A DNA stretch of 61,102 nucleotides, counting the filler. It is 12 parts of 12 records of this genome, joined end to end, with 100 filler letters (N's around TTAATTAATTAA, not from the genome) between each part and the next. Parts side by side here need not be neighbours in the genome. Positions count along the whole stretch, not along the records: positions 52,225 to 61,102 come from SRR7504441_13088; 11 more parts are not named here. One strand, written 5' to 3'. Below, piece by piece: positions 55,358-61,102 of this stretch. Every line of letters begins with the position of its first letter. Position 1 is the stretch's first letter. The position numbers and the translations under genes are program-made. Under the pieces are notes generated by a model. That model was not told where the DNA came from. It saw only the letters and a program-made list of their open reading frames with translations, and did no database searches.

Positions 55358-55581
55358 TTCAGTTCAGTCTCTGACGATTTGATTCATTCGATTGGAGTCT
55401 CGAGAACGCATACGAGTTCGTGCGTAGAGGTGATAAGAAGATAAAGTGTGGAGCTGTTTATTGATCTACTATTGTTCGACTCTTAGAAATTTTAGAAATC
55501 GGGGTTGAGCTATGAGTTCAATCCTCCTCGTCTCGCCTTCAGCTCAGATGATCATGGTTTGATCAAAGAGTTTGCAAGGAA

Positions 55582-58500
55582 CTAATCCTTGCTGCACATC
55601 AGAGCGGTGCCCCGGAGGATCCACTTTTGTGGCGGATCCTCGGTCTTGAGGTTGGCTGTGAAGATGAAGTTGAGCCCGGTCTTGGCCGGAATCGTGTAGG
55701 CTGGGCACATGTACTGCGTGTGCAAAAACTTGGCAGCCTCCTTCTTGTCGATTGCCGTGACATACATGCAGGGCACCTGCGGCGGCACACAGTCAGCAAC
55801 CAGGCGGTGAGAGCGCAGGGCTCACCGGGCAGTAGAGTTTCTTTGGTGGTGCATCACACAGCTTGGAGTTCTTTTTATCCCAGGCCGCAGCCTCTAAGAA
55901 CAGACCCCAGATGAACACGCCTTGGTCGGCGCGTGGCTCCTTCTCTATATCCTCCTTCTCTTTGGCCGTTATCTCTGTTGAGACTTGGACCTGATCCAGC
56001 GCCCAGCCCTGGTGCCGCCTGGTGTCCTCTTGCAGCACAGCGGTGAGGAACCCCTGCGGGTTGAAGAAGCCAGTCAACCAAAACGTCTTTGGCCTGCCGT
56101 TGGCCAGCCACGAGTTGAGCTCTGCCGTCCTGTTGACCAGGTTGCTAAACCAGAGCCCGAGCGTCGGGCTCTTCCAGGACTTCTTTTGCCACTTTGGCGG
56201 CACGAGCGCATCGAAGATGCAGTTAAGAGCGTCCTGCAGGTCCGCAGTCATGATGATGGTGCCCGCAATCGCCAGCTGCAGGTCCTCCAGCGTTTCCTTG
56301 GTGAGCTTGATGATTGCCTGCATCCTGTCAATCTCCTGCTTCAGGTGGATGTTCAGCGGCTTGGGCGCGTTCCCGGAGCCGCCGTTGAGCTTCTCAAGCC
56401 GCTTCATCACCTCGATCGGGTTGAACTTTGCCGGCATCTTGTCCAGCAGAGACACCGCCTGCTCGAGCACCTGCTCCTCGCGCGACGGTCCGCCGCCCGT
56501 GGCCCCAGCGTCCTTGGGCTGTATCTCCATTACCTTGGAGATCACCTCCTTCGACTGCTTGGACCTGAACACCAAGTCGGCGTTCGAGTGCATCCCAAAC
56601 ACGGACGGGTGGTCGTCATCCTTCAGGTCCTCGATCGCCTGGCGGTACTTTGTCACGTCGCCAAACTTGAGCACTTTGTAACCCGGCGCAAACTCGAACG
56701 CGGCGTCAAAGATCTTGTTCCCAAGCCACGCCTCGCCGTACGTGTTGAACAGCGTGCGGTCGAAGTCGTCGGTGATCCGGCCGCCGTATTGGGCCTCGCA
56801 CACCATGTAGCTCACTGCGTGCCAGGAGATGCTGCCCTTCTTGATCTCGACATCCATCATGTGCCCGCGCATGTACATGACCGACGCCTCCAGATCGCAG
56901 TGATTAAACTCGTACGGAATGTTAAACCCGAGCGGCCCAAACTTGCGCCGCTCCTGCACCACAGTGTGCAGGAAGCATACTGTGTACAGCATGGCCTTCC
57001 ACTCCTCCCGCCCGACTGCCTCGATCCAGTCCTGGTTAAGCCATTTGTAAGACTTGCGCAGCCCAGCCTTGACACCCTGCGGCGGCTCGTCTGTCATCTT
57101 GATGGAGATCTGCAGCAGCCCGATCGGGAACTTGGGGTGCGGCTCCGAGGTGATCCACAGCCTGAAGTTGGAATCGATCTCCTCCATCTTGGTGAGCGTG
57201 CCCTCGAGCGAGTTCATAAACCCGAGGCCAAGGTGCGTGTTCTGCAGCAGCACCCACGATCCCGTCATCACAGCCCCGGTCAGCAGCTTGTTGGCCTTCT
57301 CCTCCTGGCCTTGCCCCATCGAGATTGCGTCCACCCTGATCTTCTTACGCTTAGCCATCGCCTCGATCGCCGCGTTCGGATTGGAGCCCGGCGAGAGCAA
57401 AAAGATGAGCGGGATCAGAGGCTCAGACTCTGCCCAGGTGGCCTCAATGTCCAGCGGCTTGAACACAAGGTACTTTTTGCCCATCGTCTCCACGATGTAG
57501 TCCTTGGCCGACACCAGGAATCTGTCCTCGCGGAACGAGCGTACGAGCAGCATCTTCTGGAACGCATTCACCCGGCCCTCGTACTCTGGGATCGGGTTGG
57601 CCTCAGGGTTCTCAAAGTCGTACCAGGCCTTCCACTGCTCCGATCCACGCAGCACTGACTCTACAACGTCAGAGAACACCGGCACCGACAGCGACAGCTG
57701 GCACAGGTTGAGCCAGGCGTTGTCCGGAAGCCATTCGCCCGGCTTGCGCTTCTGTGTCTTGACATCGAGCGCAGCTCCTCCCTTGAGCAGCGTGCCAAAG
57801 TCGGACGCAGAGATCTCGCCCGACTTGAGCTGGATCTTGAGCGAGAGCATCAAGATGTAGATCAGCTTGTGCCGCTCAAACACGGCCCGGGTCATGTACA
57901 GGAAAGTCAGCTGGGACGACTCCTCGATGATGTTCTTGATCCTGAGCGTGGTAGAGGAGGCGCTCGGGGCCTCATCCATCGCCTGATTGAACAACTTGAG
58001 GAACTGCTTGAGCGACGTTTCGTACATGCAGTTGATCAGGCTCATCTCGGTGTACAGGAAGTAGGTGATCGAACCGCGCGTGGCCACTGGCCGGTACTCT
58101 TCACATGTCACTTCAATCTTTTTCGACGTGTCAGCAGCAGCCACAAGCTTCTCACTCACCTCTTGCGAGACGCGCTTGGTATTGTTGAGCACATCAAGGA
58201 TGTCCTTGTCGTCGAGCAAATTGCCCTGCACTGAGGACAACTTGTATAGCAGCTGGGCCTCCAGCTCGGACACCTTAGTCTTGTACCCATTGATGTCTTT
58301 AAGCAGCTGCACCCGCTGCTCCTCCAGCTCCGGCCTTTCCTTGTTGACCACAAGCGACAGCAGCTGGTCCTCCAGCCCCTGCATGGTCACTGTAAAGTCG
58401 ATTACGGTCGACTGGGCCGAGAGTTCGGGCGTGTAATGGGGGTTTGGCAGCTTGGTGGTCAGGTAAAGCCTGAACTTGTCCGAGTACTCACAGCCCTCCT

Positions 58501-61102
58501 TGTCGGGCAGGTTGATCTTGAGGAACCGGCCTGTGCGGATCACAGCCTTGTTGAGCACTGGGTCGAGCACTGGATCGACTGTCTCCTCGATATCTTCGAT
58601 CAGCAGAGGCTCGCCATCGCGCATCGCGTCCTCCAGCTTATTTCGGAAGGAGCGCTCCCCAAACGAGGTGACCTTCAGACCGTTGATCATCTCACGGTTG
58701 GTAACCCAGGTGTGCCCTTGAGCCTGAGGATCGATCATGATTGGCCAGCGTTCAGCCATTGTGGTAATGATACCATTCTGGGTCGACAGGTCATCAGTGG
58801 GCAGCCCCTCTAGGTTCCACTTGCCAATCACCGACTCTGACACCATGAAAGTGCTCAGCGAGAAGTCAGCAGTGTAAGGCAGCCCGCGCTGCTCCAGGTC
58901 GTTCTTGAAGTAGCCTCCAAGCAGCAGCTCGCGGAACGGCGAGTTGAACGGGCCACAGTACGAGATAAAGGCACAGGCTCGAGACACATCCCCGATCAGC
59001 CGCCTGAGCTCGTTGGCAAACTCCTTCGACTGGGCTGTCCAGCGGATCTTCTCGCCACCCAAGCCGTTGATCAGCTTGGCAGCAGCATCCATCTTAGCCT
59101 TGGTCTCGTCAGCCTCGTCCTGCGTCTTCTGCTTCTCAGCCATCGCAGCCGAGAACTCGTCATTGAGCCCCTTGAGCTCGGCCTCCTTCTCGGCCAGCTC
59201 GTCCTCGGCCACTTTGAGCTCGGAGTTCGCGGCTTTGAGCGCGGCCTCGGCTTCCTCGAGCGCTGCAATCTTTGGTGCCACAAACCGAGCAATGAAGTAG
59301 TACTCCTTCATCGCAATGCACCACGAGCACAGCCCGGCCGCTGCATTGGATGCGTTGCTCGCAAAGTCCGGGGTGAAATCATCCTGCTCCAGGTAAAAGT
59401 CCATCAGCTCGCACGTCTCCTCGGTGATCGTGTCGGTCGAGAAGTTGCGCATCTCGTCAAGGAACTTGCCGATGTTCATCATCTCCTTGCTGGCCACGTC
59501 CTGGTAGCTCGAGAGCATGGTCACGTTCCCGCCTTTGGTTTTGTTCTCGGGGTCCATCTTGACTTGGTTGATTGGGTTCCGACGGAGCAGCAGCACCGCA
59601 TCAAACACTCTCGTCACAAGCGCTGGCGGCTTCTTGAGCGCCTTCAGGTTCTTGAGATCGTCCTCCTTGATCGCATCCAGCGCCTTCTCGGCCGCAATCG
59701 GGGCTGGCTTGGCCTCCTCCAGGTCGCGATTGGTCTCGTCACGGTCCGCGCCAATCTTAGCGGCCGACTCGGTCAGCTCGTTCTTGACGACCAGCACCTC
59801 GGACTTGACTTTCTCGGCCTTGCCCGATTTCTCCTTGAGGTTCACAATCATCTTCTCAATCCGCTCCGAGGTCTTGGCCAGAACCTTCTCGGTCTCAGCA
59901 AGCTCGACCTTCATCTTGGCCACGTCTTCCTCGGCCTCGGCCAGCTTGATCAGACCGTTGTTGATCTTTTCAGCATTCTCGTTGACCGCATCCGATTTCT
60001 CCTTGTAGACTTTCTTGTACGTCTGAATGAAAGAGAGGTATGACTTGGGCGTCACGTAGACCGAGCGGCGGAACTTGGCAAAGTACTCAGTTGTCACCTT
60101 GGACACTGAAGAGTGCAGCGCTGAGCAGTGGTTGATCAGTTCGCCCTTGGCCTGCTCCGAGTCCACTTGAACCTCAAACTTGCCGTCGTTGATGAAGTGC
60201 GCCGCCACGTCCTGCAGCGCCTGCTCGGGCCATGGCAGGAACCAGTCGATTGTAGTCCCAGAGAACAGCGCAGGGAACTTGAGTGCCCGGTCGCGGAACT
60301 TGGACCCAACTGGCGAGAAGCAGAGCACCACGTGCAGGTTAGCCCGCACTTGGTTGAAAAAGAATTCGATGATCGCTTCGCGCGACTCCTCGGCATCAGG
60401 GAACCGCTTGGCGTATAGTGGAGCCATCTCGCCGATCATTGGTTCGAGGTCTTCCTTCCCAATCAACCCAGGGATCTCGCCTGTGGAGAGGATCATGTTG
60501 ATGTACTCCAGGAACGACTCGTCCTTGACCTCAGCATCAGTGAACACGAAAGCAATCGGGCGAGCTGACGGTTGCATCCCAGCAAAGCCCGCCTTCATAT
60601 ATTGGCTCCTGATATCATTAAGCAGGTCAGTTTGGGTGTACGTCTTAGACACAGTGATCTGGAACTTCTCGTAGCCAGCAATGTGCGAGGCCAGCTTGGT
60701 GAGAGACTGCTTGCCAGAGCCGCCCACGCCAACCAGCAGTGCTGATCCCTTGGGCATCATCAGGATGCGCGAGATGCGAGCCATGTGCAGCAGCGCATCG
60801 TCGAACAGCACCAGCCCGAGCTTGCCCACCTTGACCTCATCATCGTGCTGCTGCATGTACACCGACGTCTTCTCGCGAAGCTGTGCCAAATCAGCACACA
60901 CCTCGTACACATCAGGTCGCGGCCCCGAGGGCTCATCTGTCTCTGGGTCAATCGGGGCATCCCTCATAAAGTTGACAAACAGCCTCGTCTCGTCCATCGC
61001 AGCAGAGGCCAGCGACTCTCCCATCTTCTCAATCACAATCGACTTCATGCACTTGTCAAGCCAGTCCTTGTCTTCCTTAGAGATGAGCTTGTCCTGGAAC
61101 AC
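55582..61102 (-). CDS. DNAH5: Axonemal dynein heavy chain, outer-arm gamma type (DNAH5/8-like); C-terminal part from AAA4 onward
   Basis: LLVGVGGSGKQSLTKLA, FPALFSGTTIDWF, stalk with MTBD, WPIMIDPQAQG, ISMGQGQ, VQERRKFGPLG, YGGRITDDFD, FWLTGFFNPQGFLTA. Intron 55777-55825, then a last exon ending KWILRGTALMCSKD. The dynein call is firm; the paralog assignment is less so. Confidence 0.93.

Noticed and set aside
55985-57658. Long antisense ORFs (557 aa here; also 52437-53561, 43734-44921, 31483-32253)
   Set aside because: They are shadows of GC-rich codon-biased genes on the opposite strand and contain no motifs.

Overview
This window is not one locus. It is 12 short eukaryotic contigs joined by 11 identical artificial 100-bp spacers (44 N + TTAATTAATTAA + 44 N, stop codons in all six frames), so genes on opposite sides of a spacer are not neighbours. 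The source looks like a gene-dense flagellated protist: standard genetic code, spliceosomal introns mostly 37-49 nt, and an apparently high share of GC-AG donors. The ORF track therefore fragments many genes, and I rebuilt exon structures by hand. Recognisable genes are an RNF213/mysterin-like giant AAA+ protein with N-terminal NHL repeats, a PH+WW protein, a divergent GH32 and a DUF5054-like protein, EMC5, an insertion-rich Na+/K+-ATPase alpha subunit, an HTTM membrane protein, an alpha/beta hydrolase, ankyrin, TPR and two kinesin genes, and an outer-arm axonemal dynein heavy chain. The most interesting items are unusual domain fusions. The best candidate for an undescribed system is DUF1752-like + GT4 glycosyltransferase + NT5C-type HAD phosphatase, possibly a regulated sugar-phosphate synthase/phosphatase. 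Others are qRRM + nocturnin-like EEP; EF-hands + GNAT + catalytically dead ADPRM-like domain; and PH + pseudo-TBC + ankyrin + VPS9. All family calls come from motif recognition by eye, not database searches.
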